DNA of 64,000 nt from Paraspadella gotoi. Taxonomy: Eukaryota > Animalia > Chaetognatha. Each line of letters begins with the position of its first letter. Within the stretch, counting starts at the first letter, position 1. This document shows positions 40,078-53,242 of the stretch, piece by piece. Where the stretch lies: the NCBI GenBank assembly GCA_051294375.1, contig CM119265.1, forward strand, positions 6,036,227 to 6,100,226. The letters are read 5' to 3'. The notes beneath the pieces were generated by a model, which saw only the letters and a program-made list of their open reading frames with translations, was not told the origin of the DNA and searched no databases. The position numbers were made by a program, and so were the translations under genes.

Positions 40078-43000
40078 ATGGCTACGGCCGGTGGCGATTT
40101 GGCTGCTAAGTATCAGCGCTTAGCCACGGAATACGCCAAATTGAAGGCTCAAATCCCAGTGCTCAAAAAAGCCGTTATAGATGAACAGACAAAGGTAACT
40201 TATGATTTATTAGTATGAAGTATTTATTTGATAAACTGTTTGATTATCATCCTTTCATTTCAGACGAACGATTTAAACAACGTTCTGAAGGATAGTCAAC
40301 AACAGAATCGCCGCTTTGAGCAGGAGATTGAAAGTCTTAACTTCCGCAACCAGCAACTGACAAAACGGGTGACAGTGTTGCAAGAGGAGGCGGAGCAGCA
40401 GCAACTCAACAGCAAGAAAAAACATAAAAAAGGGGCGACGTCGCACAACGACTCCTCGACGAGAGGAGGCGTCAGCAGCATTGAGGAGAGCGTACTCGAG
40501 AACGAACTTCATTCCAAGATTCAGGAGAACGCGTCCCTTCATCAGAGGATCTACGATTTAGAAGAAGAAAACAGACGAGGTATGTTTTTAAATTTTCTTT
40601 TCAAACATGTACTTAATGAATCTTTCCATCTTTTCATTCTTGTTTCGCAATTTCTAGCGTTGGCGGATTTGGAAGCCCGCGTGGCCGAGGCCGAGCGCGA
40701 AGTCTCCCAATCACGAGCCAGCCTCAACGCGGCGCTTGAAGAAAAGGCGGAGGCGACAAAAGTTTTTCGTCAAGAGCGGGCCGTACTCGAAGGAAAGAAC
40801 TACACTCTGGAGCGAGACTACGCCGTCGCCTTACAACGCACCTCTGACCTGGAATCGGAGGTCCAATCCATGAAAGACACTCTGCAGATGCACATCGAAT
40901 CGACGGTAATCCCGGCCGGGCGTTCTTCGGCCAAGACGCCCTTCGATGACACGGCCGATTCCCACCTCAACGCGCTCAACGTTCCCACGCAAGACTTCGC
41001 TCATTTGAGTCGCCAACGACAGCTACTCTCCACCGCCGGAACAATCGTCGGCGACTTCGTCGCTCACGTGTCCAACTTTTACACCTACTTCGACCAAAGA
41101 ATAAACAATCTCGTTAAGATGGACGTTTACGGATTTAATTCTGGTGAGAAACTCTGGTTTTTTAGCAGTAATGTGGGAATCCGGAATCCCAGTCAATCAA
41201 ATTTATAATTATGTTTTTAAGTCCACAAAGAGACCTCTGTGATCTTGCGTGACCATTCCAAACACGTCCGTCCGTTGGAAGCCTCATTCCAAAACCTGCA
41301 ACAAGCTGCTGCCAAGAGCGATACTCTTCTTCTCGGTCTCGAAGGGAGCATTCTGATGAAGAGTTTCGTTGATGCCTTCAAAAAGTATTCGGACTACGCC
41401 GTGACCGCGAGCGAGTCACTTTCCAAAAACCTTGAAGGCGAACTGGCAGGACTGGGTAACATCTCTTCTATCGGTCCTAAGACCAAGTCGGTCTGTGCTT
41501 CTTTACCGAAGTGGACAGAAGCCGTCCGGAAAATTCAGTCTTGTCTTTCACTTTTGGTTTCCGGTGCCGATCGGAGCGCCGGAGACGAACGAAAAGACCA
41601 AAAAATGAATGGGGACGTTGTTACGAGCAAACGACATATTTTGTTCTCCGAGTTGTTGGAAGGCTGTCAGCAAGTGAGTTATATCAATTGATGGCTCATA
41701 TAAAAACCAACTCACGATTTGTTTTTCATTTCCTTTTGCTCTTTTATAGTTAAATCACCACACGAAAGAAATTTCCAAATTTCTCAGCGCCAAAATCACT
41801 TTAGAGCATCAGCTCCCGACGACGTCCTCGGATCTGAGGTCCACGAACGATTGCATCGTCTCGACGCTCGTCGCCCTCGTCGCATGTACGGCCAAAGCCT
41901 CCAAGTTTCTCGCCGACAACCTCAATGCCTTTGCCAAGCCTTTAGGGTTCAAGACCAGAGGATCCTCGATTTCGCTCGTCGGTAGAAACGGTGAGACTGA
42001 AGGCGAAAAGCTCTTTTTTGTCTCGGGCAGAACAAGATCTTCGGCTGACGATTTCCAGTCAGATTGTGAGAGGAACCTTTCTGCCAGATTAAATTTCGTC
42101 TATTCGTTTTTTCTCAAAAAAAAAGTGTGTCGGTCCATCGGCAAAAAAAATGGGGACGAACAAAATTTTTATTGAATAAATGTTTTAAAATATTTGATTA
42201 TTATATGTTGTTTGACCAACTCTTTTCAACCCTAATCAGGACCTCCATCGGTAAATCCAGTGGTGGAAGAGTTTTGCCAGCGAGCGGCCGATTACATCGC
42301 TCTGGTTAACAGCCGACAACCAGCCGAGTCTGTACCCTACGCCATCGCCGTCGCGCGCAACAAAGAAGCGGCCGAAGTCAACGACGACCGGGAGGCGCTG
42401 CTCGATCAGATCGTCTCGTTGAAGGAAAAGGTTGACAAGGATAAGAATTGCTTTCAGAAGTTTTAGTTTTGCTGATCTCAAACGTTTAATAAATTTTCCA
42501 GATATTAAAATTAGAACACGATCGGGAACATTGGATGCTGGAAGCTCAACTCAATCGAATGAAGTCAGAAAGAGAGAACAAAAAACGCGAACTGATCAAA
42601 GCTGACGACGAACAAGTAACGCCAGACGGGTTGGGCGTTGTCTCGGCTCATCCGTGCGACGACGAAGCCGGCGAAGACGTTCAAAGGAGGGAGGCGGTGA
42701 TCAAGGAGCATTACATGGCGCGAATCCAGGAACTTGCCTCTCAGCTGCAAGTCGCCGATAGCAAGAGCTTGCACTTTTACAATGATTCCATGACGTTACA
42801 GGTTTGAAGCTAATCGTTTTGGACTGAAGAGAAAAAATTTCGTTTTAAACTTATTGAATTACAATAAAAAAAGGAGTTTGCTTTCTTTCGACATTCCAGA
42901 ATCGCCTCGCCATGTTGGAAAAAGCAAAGAAAAAAGTGGAAGGAGATTTGAGTTCTGCCTTGGAAACGGTTTCTCAACTCAAGGACGAATTGATGACGAC

Positions 43001-43208
43001 CGCCCGAAGTTACGAGGATCAACTCAGGTTTGGTTGAACATTTTTGGTGAAAATTTATTTTGAGAAACTTTATTTATGATTAACTTTTCCCAGCATGATG
43101 TCGGAACATTTGGCGGGCATGAACGATAAACTGACTGGGCAAAAGGACGAGATCGACTCGCTTAAAATTCAACTCAAAGGAGCTGACAAGGGCAAGAAGA
43201 AAAAGTAA
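40078..43208 (+). CDS. PPP1R21: PPP1R21 (KLRAQ) coiled-coil protein, multi-exon
   Basis: KYQRLATEYAKLKAQIPVLKKAVIDEQ, SLNFRNQQLTKRV, PFDDT..LNALNVP, LQVADSKSLHFY, SYEDQLSMMSEHLAGMND. Confidence 0.92.
42026..42165 (+). ncRNA. Candidate intronic box H/ACA snoRNA in PPP1R21
   Basis: Hairpin 1 is closed by GGCAGAA/TTCTGCC and followed by H box AGATTA (42086-91). Hairpin 2 is closed by TTCGTC/GACGAA, with ACA at 42160-62. The 5' pocket (ACAAGA / GAACC) fits 18S rRNA GGUUC-UA-UUUUGU. Confidence 0.7.
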
Positions 43209-43721
43209 CAAAGATACCCCCATTTTAATAGCCTGCCAAGAGCGAGAAACCGTTCTTAATTCTTGTGACCTCTTTAAAATAGTTCGCCTATCAACCCAGG
43301 CAATTCTTTAAAATTTGTTCTTGAACAATCATCGGTGTTATTTTTTATTTTTTCGCTTATATTTTTTAATAAATTTTTTCCGGTGATTACGTTTTTTGCA
43401 ACTTCGTCGACCGATACCTATGTGGTTTTTTTTTTTGTCTAAAAAAAAAACCAGCAGGGGATTAGAAAAAAAATGACCCAAGTTGCAATTCCCCTTCTCT
43501 TATTCTAGTCCACATTTTATAGAAATTCATTTATTTTGGGACAGTGACGTCGATATTTTTGTCTTGCTGGGCAAGATCGTCTCTGGACCCATTTATATCC
43601 TACTTGCAAAAGATGCGTGTATTTTTGATCGTGTTTCTTTTACATTGATCTTTGCGCACCTTTATTCAGGTTTTCTTAACGTTTTTTCGAGACTCAATTT
43701 TGTTCTTTATTTGGAGTGAAA

Positions 43722-44387
43722 ATGGACGACCCAGATCTTAATGCCATTCGGGCCAAACGTATGGCGGAGTTGAACGCCATGGGGGGAGGGCCCGGAGGAG
43801 GACAAAATCAACAGGAAGCGATGCAAAAACAACAGGAAGCCAAGTCCATGATGTTGTCTCAGGTAACATTTAGTTTCCGCGCGTCCGTCTTCAGATAATA
43901 TTTTAGAAATTTAAATTAAAACTGCTACGCATTTTATTTTTTATAACAAAACGTATGAATCATCGTGTTAACGAGAAATGCCATAATCTAAAATATTCTT
44001 TGTACCAATTTGATTATAGCTTATAAAGAGTGATAAAAAGTTTTTCACACTAAAAAAATCTCATAATCGCAAGGTTTTGGACCAAACAGCCCGAGCAAGA
44101 CTCAATACTTTGGCGCTCACAAAGCCAGAAAAAGCGCAAATGGTGGAGAATATGATTTTACAGGTATGTAATGCTTTTTCATGATAAAAAAATTGAAATG
44201 AAAAAATAACAATTCTTCGTTTTCGTTGTATATTTGCCAGTCGGCGCAAATGGGCCAACTTCCTGGTAAAATCGGCGAAGAAGAACTGAAAGGACTCTTG
44301 GAACGTGTCAGCAGTCAAACATCTCAAAGAACTAGCGTCAAATTCGACCGAAGGCGCAATAATCTAGATTCTGACGACGATGATTAA
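43722..44387 (+). CDS. PDCD5: Programmed cell death protein 5, 3 exons
   Basis: MDDPDLNAIRAKRMAEL, MLSQVLDQTARARLNTLALTKPEKAQMVE, KIGEEELKGLLE, VKFDRRRNNLDSDDDD. Confidence 0.95.
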
Positions 44388-45255
44388 CTCCTCAATTGAA
44401 GAATTACCCATTCTCAAAATCTTAGCGTTGCTATGCTTCTAGTCATCGCCGATCCTCGCGATGTCTACCCTCATCCCCTTTTTTGCTGTTCTGTACTAGT
44501 GGTTTTTTTTTATTTTTTTTTTTTATGATGAACCTATCTGCCTTACACATGTAATTTTCATCAAGTTTTCGCTTTGATAGATTAAATTAACTTTTTCGAG
44601 TCAACTATTAAAATGGTTTAGATCATTAAAGTTAGTTCGTTATTTTGAATTATTTACTCATCCAATTTCTGGTTTCTTGGTTTAACCAGGTGTCTAAATG
44701 TAACCTACTGTTAAGTTGACTGTTTTTATCAGTTAATATTTAAAGAGAAGTTATTTTGCCGAAATTATGTGAAAAGGGTCAATTTTCTAACTACACTAGT
44801 CTACAGCAATACTTCTTTTTCAGCTAAAAACCTGTAAGGAAATACATATTCTTTCTAAAAGTATTAAAAGAGGGCTTGACGAGCCACTTTCTGATTCACC
44901 CTTCTTCTTCGTGTCATGATTTGAAACAAAATTTTCCGCGGCGTCCGTTGGGGCTTCTCCGCCAGGCAGCGCGAGTGTCGCGTCCCTCTCTTGCTCCATC
45001 TCCAAGCTTGGTGTAAACTGCCACCTCGCATACCGCGCTCCCTGACAGGACAAAGGTAACCAGAAAATTAAATCCCCGGCCGGGTTTAAAACAAATTACG
45101 ATTCGCGGCGGGTGCGTGCAACTGGTTTTTCATTCGCGATTCTTCGATTGAAATGACAAAAGACTTTGCGGCCTGGGTCGCGCGAAACTCTCACTGATTT
45201 ATCGACGACGCTCGGGAAGCCGTCCTTCCTATTAATTGCCAATTTCGGGAAGAAT

Positions 45256-48200
45256 ATGGCTTTACAAGGGGTTGAAGAGATGAAGGTTCCGCCGAACTGT
45301 AAGGTAGTATGAATTGTATTTTGACATATTTTTACTATTTATTATTATTGTATTTTATGATCTAACGTTCTTCTCGTCAGTCCCTTCTCGAAGACGACAT
45401 ATCCAAGGATGAAATCATCAGGAGGCTCAAACTCATCGCCAAGGCCTTCCAGGAAATGGGCCAGGATGATACGGAAAAGTACCCCGACCTCGCTCATCAC
45501 TTGGCCACAGAATTTTACATGGATCATCATTCGAAAGATGTCAAGCTTTTGGTCGCTTGTTGCATCGCTGATATTTTTCGGTTGGTCAAATTTCTATCTA
45601 TGATAAGATTTCCCGATCGTATTATTTATTCAAAACATCCATATACCTAAATGGTATATCTAACTTGATAGTTTTTTAATTCTGTCTTGTCTTTTAAATA
45701 ATATTTCTTTATCAGTATCAACGCGCCTGAGGCCCCCTACGTTGATCCTCTCCACTTGAAGCACATTTTCATGTTCATCATTTCGCAATTGCGCGGACTG
45801 GAGCACACGCAGAGTCCGCTATACAACCGATACTTCTACCTTTTGGAGAATCTCGCTTGGGTCAAGTCCTTTAACATCTGTCTGGACTTGGAGGACAACC
45901 AGGAGATATTCTGCAATCTCTACAAACTTATCTTCTCAATCGTCGGAGACTCTCACAGCGTCAAAGTCAAGAACTTTATGCTTGACATGATGTGTCCCTT
46001 GATTACAGAAGCAGATATGGTCTCCCAAGAACTTCTCGACGTTATTTTGTCCCAGGTGGTTCAAAGATCATACTTATTAGTTAATGTATCATCGTCTTAT
46101 TCTCTCGTTTTACACCATTTTCAAATCCAAAAAAAAGATTGTGGTTTTAAAATGTATTTATTAATATTTTGTGCAGATCGTCGGCCCGGCTAAAAAGGCC
46201 AACAAACACGCTTGCGCGCTCAGCAAAGAATTACTAAAGAGAACTGCGAACGCTATCGAACCCTACATCCAGGGTTTTTTCAACAACGTACTAATTTTGG
46301 GAAAAACTTCTGAATCTGAAGTCTCCGATTATTTGTACGACTTGATCTATGAGCTGTATCAAGTATGTTATTAACGATTTAAAACAATTTTTGGAGATTC
46401 CTCATCAGCGTAACTTTTGTTTCGCCTTGATATTTACAGATAGCTCCCACCGTCTTGAACGCAGTTCTTCCACAGCTTGAATTCAAGCTCAAATCCAGTG
46501 AAGACAGCGAGCGGAGGTAAAAACGAATAAAAAATACTAATTTGTTAATGTTTTCTTTAAAGGTTTAATATAAATACCTTTGTTGACATTGTTTCTAATA
46601 GTAACTAAAACCAAAAAAACTTGAACCATAGATCGGTGACGAAATTATTGGCGCGCATGTTTTCCGATTTGGGATCGCAGTTAGCTACCCAGAATCCTCC
46701 TTTGTGGTATTGTTTTCTTGGTCGCTTCAACGACATTTCTCCAGGTAATAAGCACGTCAAAATTTTATTATTTAATAAGATAAATTTTAGAGGATGAATT
46801 GTTAAGATTTGTTACCTGTTGTGTTGCGTGTTTATAGTTGATAATTGATAAATGATGACAAACTGCGCAAAATCTGAGCGCTCCGTTGTTTTTTTCGCCC
46901 GCTTGGGCTTGAGAAAAATCACGTCGAGCTCATGATCTTATCTTTCTCTGAATTCTTCCGCAGCACGTAATTTCCTCTTTGATTATTTTTGCTCAAATCG
47001 TTTCATGAATTAATTTCTCTCGTTCAGCCGTACGTATTATCTGCATCCAGTTTTCACTCCATTTTTTGCTGAATCAACCGGAGTTAGTCAAAGAGATCGC
47101 AGAACCCTTGAAGGTAAATCCCACCCGCCCTGTTTACAAACGAAAATACAATCCACGATCAAGTACTTCATCGACTTATGGTTTTAGGCTCGTGGTCACG
47201 ATGCGGAAGAAAACGTACGCTGGGAGGCGGTCTTGTCGATCGTCGCCGCCGCCAAAAAGGATTTCAAGTGCGTCCCCGACGAGATTCTGCAGGTCATCAA
47301 AGAGAGAACTCTCGACAAGCGTTTCAAGATTAGAAAGGAGGCGTTGCAAGGCTTGGGTATGTCGCCCTTATCGTAATGAAAAGAAATTTCCATTACTGAC
47401 ATGCCCTGAATGTTTTGTTCGCGATGGATGGATAGGTCATGTCTACAGACGTGTCGTTCATGCCGACGAGCCCGATGCCAAAGATCAGAAAAGGGTCTCC
47501 TGGATCCGAAACAAAATCATGCATCATTATTATCAGGTTGTTTGAATTAAATAATAAATACGTATTGATTTATATTTTCTCCGTCGATACATAAGCATTA
47601 TTGCAAACTAATTTTGTTTAATAGGTTAACATCGAGGATAAACTTTTGGTGGAACGATTGGTCACTACTTGCCTCGTTCCTTACAATTTCCCGCCCGAAG
47701 AGAAACAAAAAAAGCTCTTTGAACTCTATGTCAGCCTCGATGAAAACGCTCGTAAGGCCTTCGGCGAGATGTTCAGGTATTGTCTCGGTTTGTGGTTGCC
47801 GTTTATACTTACTACGAAATTATTCCCACCTCCTTTGTCAGATGTCAGCACATGATGCGCGAATACACAAAGCAGTTGTTGGAAGACGCCGCCGATACTT
47901 CGCAGTCGGCGACGGAGGAAGAAAAAGTCGAGAACGAAAAGACCCTTACGAGAACCTTTATCTCCATCGCGCGCAACCTGGCAGACCCCATGCGCACTCA
48001 AGATCACATGAAAAAGTATGACTCAAAAGAAGATACTATTGAATTAGTTTTGCGCCAAGTAATACTAATATTTTTTTTTCGAGGTTCCACGAATTACTGC
48101 GCTCAGACACCCAAATGCAGAATCATCTCCACACCATACTTGCTCTCGAGTGCACAGTACGACTGGCAGAAGAATGCGGGAGAGAGATATTGCGCAAGAT

Positions 48201-51200
48201 GGGAAATCCCACCACTACCAATCTCTTTTATCACTGCATAAAGTAAGACCTTACGAGCGGAAGTGTTTATCAACGCGAATTGAACGCTGTTAATTCTTTT
48301 TTTTTTTTTTTCAGAGCTCTTTTGGAACGAATCTCTCCCGTGCTCGTCGACAAGCCCAATTTGTTGGCTCTTCTTCGCCTCGTTGACAACGAAATTCGCG
48401 GAAATCGTGAATTGAACGCTGTTTCATCTCCCGGCAACCATGGTCTGCTGGGAATGCAACTTTTACTGGCTCTGGCCACGCCCTATCCGGGCGCCTTCCG
48501 AAACGAAGAGTCCTTTGGGTGAGTCAATTTTCAGCATTTAACCACAAACGAGGTTCGCGTTTGGGGAGTTTGCTTAAAGCCAATATAAAAATTATTTGAC
48601 TCAGGATTCTCCTCGGAATTCTCAAACAGAAGCAATCGGAGTTGCAAGATTACTCTTTACAAATCATCAGCCTCGTCGGAACCCAGTTGCAACTTATTTT
48701 CCCGAACGTCTCTTCGCAGATGTTTCCTATCCTTCAAGATAAGATCAAAAATGGAACTCCGAGAGGTGATGATAAAGCTTTTTTTTCCGAAAAAGTTTAA
48801 TTCCAACTGTTTCTTACTCAACCTCTCGACAGCTTCCAAGTTCTCCATTCGCGCCTTTGCCCAAATCTACGAAGGCCTGGCAGAAACGATGTTAGAACCT
48901 ATTTTCGCGCTGGTCAAAGACTCCCTTTCCCACGACAACCCCAATTTGGAGACGCTTATTTGCGCTCTTGGACATCTCACTCTTGCCTGCCCTGAAAAGT
49001 TTGGGCCCGACATGAAAGGCATAGTCGCCAGATTCATCGTCAAGGAGATACTCATGCAAGACAGGTTAGGCGATCTAATTTGTTTCTTGTGAACTCCCAG
49101 GTGTTTACAGATTTATTATCGAGGAAAAAATATATATTGGTTGTACCAATTTCATAACACGAAACTATTTTTAGAACCCCCGCCAATCCCGAAGACCCGA
49201 AGAACACTCAGTCCTTCGTTCAGCCCGAAAACCTTTCTCGAGAGACGAAACTTAAGATTCAATCCATGAAGATGCTCGCGCGATGGTTGTTGGCCATCAA
49301 GGGCATGCACGGGGCCAGGCAGTCTGGTAAATAAATAAAAATGTTTCTCGTGTTGTTATTGATTAATATTAACAACAATCTCGGCATTCCTGAATCCAGG
49401 CCAATCTACTCTTCGTCTGCTTCACACCATGATTCTCCACGAGGGTGACCTTATGGAGCGAAAGCGAATTCCCAAGGGCGAGTTGGCGGCCCTGCGTCTC
49501 GTCGCCGGCCAGACCGTTTTAAAGCTCGCTACCGAAAAAATATACGAGCATCTTATTGATCACGTGAGTATTACGGCTAAAATCGGTGTAGAAAAGTATT
49601 GATGATGGTCGCCTGATGACATCACTGCGCAAATCTGATACCGCCGACGTTCTTTTGTTTTCATCCTCGTCTTCCGTTTTCGACGTCATCGGTGTGCGTT
49701 TTGATTTTTCGCGATTCTGCGGATTGTTGACGCGATCCAGATGTCGTCGATTTTGAAGTGACAGGATAGAATCGAAGAACTCCGGTCATGATCTCGCTCT
49801 TTTATTTGAAACTGAGTACATTTTTTGCTCTTATGTCATTTGTCATTTTCTTAACTTTTTTTAATTGGAAAGATTTCTTTCTTAAAATTAGGACAAATTC
49901 CAAGTGATGGCGCTTCTCATCAACGATCCGTCGAACGACGTCAGAACTCGCTTCATGAGCAAACTCCACAAGGGCCTCATGTCTCTTAAGCTGCCGCTTC
50001 AGTACCTTTCCATATTCTCTCTGTCCGCTAACGACCCTGTCAAGGAGAACAAAATCCACGCCAAACGTTGTCTAATTCAGGTAACGGGACATATTGTACT
50101 TTTAAGCTGTATGCTCTTACGACTCAAGAATTAACGAAATATTCTTTTATTTTGAAGAACATCACCAAACGACGGGAGATGATCAAGATGAACAACTCGG
50201 CGGCGACATCGATGCCACACATCCTCCCTGATTACGTTCTCCCCTACACCATCTTCCTCCTCGCCCACGACCCCGATCTGACGCATCATCGCGATGTCAA
50301 CGCTCTCAAAAACATTCAGGACTGCCTCTGGTTCATGCTCGAGCCTCTCATGAAGAACGAGAGTTACTCTTACAATTTTTTCAGGTTGCTTGTCTTAAAA
50401 TAAGAAGCTTAGCATTTCGTCAGCTACAAGTAACCTATTCCAAAAAACTATTCTAGAAAAATGATCGAGAACATAAAGCAGTGTCGGGATGCCACGAAAC
50501 CGAATGACGTCGAGGCAAACAACAAACTCTACTGCGTGTGCGACTTGGCGCTTCACCTCATTATGAACAAACCCCACTCCATTGTTTTAAAGGTTAGATT
50601 TTTTTATAAGTCACTTGTAGTTTGTTTGTTTCTTGTAGTTGCGATAGATGAGTGTAATATATGTAACTCTACTTTTAGGATCATCCGGTCGATCCAATCT
50701 TGCCTAAGAGACTCTATACTAGAAGCGATAGCGACATTCCCAACACCAAAATGTATCTGCCGACGGATTTCATGGGTAATTAATAATTATTTACGTATTT
50801 TTGGGATGGGATTTTATGATTGTGAACATAGGAATTTTTTATTTTTATATATTTTTATTTACCAATGGCAATGTATTATTTTTCTAATTAGGCGGAACGA
50901 AAACCCCAATTTCTCGGTCAACGAGAAGAGATGAGGACAAAAACTGGCAAGGGCTCAGGGTTAATCAAGGCTCTGTTCTAGCGAACACGAAAGTAAGAGC
51001 TGTTCGAAAGTCAATAGATGTAGATGTTTTTTTTATTTTTTTATTTACATAGATAATTATTGCGTAATTTATATATCTATTTTACAGGAAAGCGCCGCTT
51101 TTAGTTACACCGGTTCTTCAAAGACTTATGGCAAATTGCTAAAGGAAGAGAACGAGAGTAAGTTGGAAAGTGGAATTAGGAAACTCTTGCTTCTTAACAA

Positions 51201-52485
51201 GAAAGTTTTCTCCCATCAGGCAATACTTCTCTCATCGCGAAAAACGGCGTTAGTGAAAAATTCGAGGTGGAGACCGTTTCTTTCGACGCGGCCAAAAACA
51301 AAGAGGATCGAACCTTCGTGCGAAAACGACCCTTTTTGGACACCATTGAGTCGAGCCAGTCCAGTCAGTCGAGTTAGTAGCGAAACTTCTTCCCCTCCCC
51401 GGTTCGATTTACGCAGTTGGTAATTTTCAGCAATGTTATATTCTTTTTCCAGGTTCCTCAAGCCAGGCCGCAGTCTCCGAGACTCCTCCCTCTCCCAAAA
51501 AAGTGCGTGAGGCAGACGCGGCCGCGGCGGCGACGCTGGCGGGCATGGCCCCGACTTCAACGGTTGTCATGACCTCCGATGGGATCATGACTAACAATCC
51601 GTTAATCGCGACGGACGCGTCGCCGGAGAAGGTAATTATAAGTCAGTATTTTGGGGCGTGATAATTTTCACATCTGTTTCTTATTATTTATGCACAGCCA
51701 CAAGTCTCGGATGGTCAGGAGCAACTTATCATGGTCCCCAACACTCACGCCATAATCCAGGGCGATGAATCCACCATACATCATATCGACGCCGAACAGC
51801 TCCAACAACTGATTCAGCAGCAGCAACTGCAGCAACAGGCGACGGGTGGAGAGGGCGGTCAAATGACGGTGGTGGAGATGCAAATCGACGTGGGCAACGG
51901 GCAGACTTCCACCGTGGGGATCCCCGTTGATCCTAATACGCACCAAGCGGTTGTGTCGCAAGGTGGCGTTATGACCACTTTGGCTGGGCTCAGCGCAGTA
52001 GACCTATTGACGCAGGTCAGTCCCGATAAGTCCCTTTGGTTTCTTTCTGGACTCAAAATAGAATGTAAAGATTATTTATGTTTTTACCCTCCCTTTTCCA
52101 ATTTCAGCAGGCGGCCAGCACCATCGTGACTTCCGGCACCGAGGCCACCATGGAGGCCCAAAACCCCTCGGAGCTCGTGTTCACGACGATGACGGACGCC
52201 AACGGCATGGAGGCCATGACCCTTGGCCCGGACACTCAGATCATTACCACCGTAGACGGAAGGCAACTCGCCGTGCGCAACGGAGTTATTCAGGGCGAGG
52301 TGCAACTGGCCACTGCGGCCGACGGCGCCGGACTTCACTCGGGAATGACCACAGTCATACTCAAGGATCCCGAGGAGATGGAGCCCATCGTTTCCTCGGC
52401 CGAGGGGCACACCATCTTGACTAACGAGGAAGGAATTCCCGTGGCGGTGACGACGGCGGACAACGGACAAACCCTGACGCAATAG
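45256..52485 (+). CDS. PDS5: Cohesin regulator PDS5, many exons, with long atypical C-terminal extension
   Basis: [98 protein letters not shown]; splice phases continue into the Q/T/V-rich exons ending at 52485. Confidence 0.93.
46848..46955 (+). ncRNA. Candidate intronic box C/D sno/scaRNA (anti-U4 guide), copy 1
   Basis: C box ATGATGA 46852, guide ACTGCGCAAA, D' CTGA 46874, hairpin, CATGATC, D box CTGA 46948-51, which is 76 nt upstream of the 3' splice site. Confidence 0.75.
49595..49820 (+). ncRNA. Candidate intronic box C/D sno/scaRNA (anti-U4 guide), copy 2 with long hairpin
   Basis: TGATGA 49600 (second TGATGA 49614), guide CACTGCGCAAA 49623-33, D' CTGA 49635, ~145-nt hairpin, CATGATC, D box CTGA 49812-15, GTAT/GTAC closing stem; D box is 76 nt upstream of the 3' splice site. 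Confidence 0.75.
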
Positions 52486-53242
52486 GGTGGGGGGGGGGGA
52501 AATAGCCCGAGACTGGATGCTCCGTAGGAACTAGAAAGTCATCGAATGCATTTTTTTTAAATCCGTACTTTCCGACAATTTCTTAATTTTCATATTTTTT
52601 CTTTTGCTTCCGTATTATTGTTTTCGTGTCAATGCGTTTTTTAAAATCTTTCGTTATGTACGTGTAATAAGTGCAGATGTACATTGGGCGAATCCAGTCT
52701 TGTATTCCATGATACGCCCGACTTCGAAATTGTTTAAAAAAATCACGTTACTATTCTATTACATTGTGAATACATACAGGTTAGATAATAGCGATCAATT
52801 GTAGCCGGTGTTCTAGTAGACGTGTAAAATTTTCTCCCATTTCGAAGTCTCGTTCCACTTGTTTACGGTAATGTCTTTTTGATTGCCACGGATTTTGAAT
52901 TTGTTTCACATTTTATCATCACTATTTACATTCGTAAAAATTTAAAGAATTGTTTGTATGGGCCTTCCGCATTAAAATCTGTCTACAAATGAGCAACAGT
53001 CACATATGTAAAAGCCTTTGGATCTATTTATTAATCAGGGAAGATGCTAATCGATGCGTAGCTTGCTAAAACTGCACATTGGACTTTTGACAGAACGTCT
53101 TTGAAGCAGCACTTACAATGTTATCATGAATTAAGCTTTTTTGATTCCATTACTAGCAGTTTTGGCTGACTTTTAACGTTTTACATCATACAGACAGCTT
53201 GTTAATTTTGGTTCATCTCAGCTTTCCTAATTTACACGAGTC

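Noticed and set aside
48277-48423. 15-bp GAATTGAACGCTGTT shared by a PDS5 intron and the next exon
   Set aside because: It is too short to support a mechanism such as intron gain by duplication.
52483-52535. Readthrough at the PDS5 UAG-G stop
   Set aside because: The next in-frame stop comes within about 16 codons and the sequence turns UTR-like.
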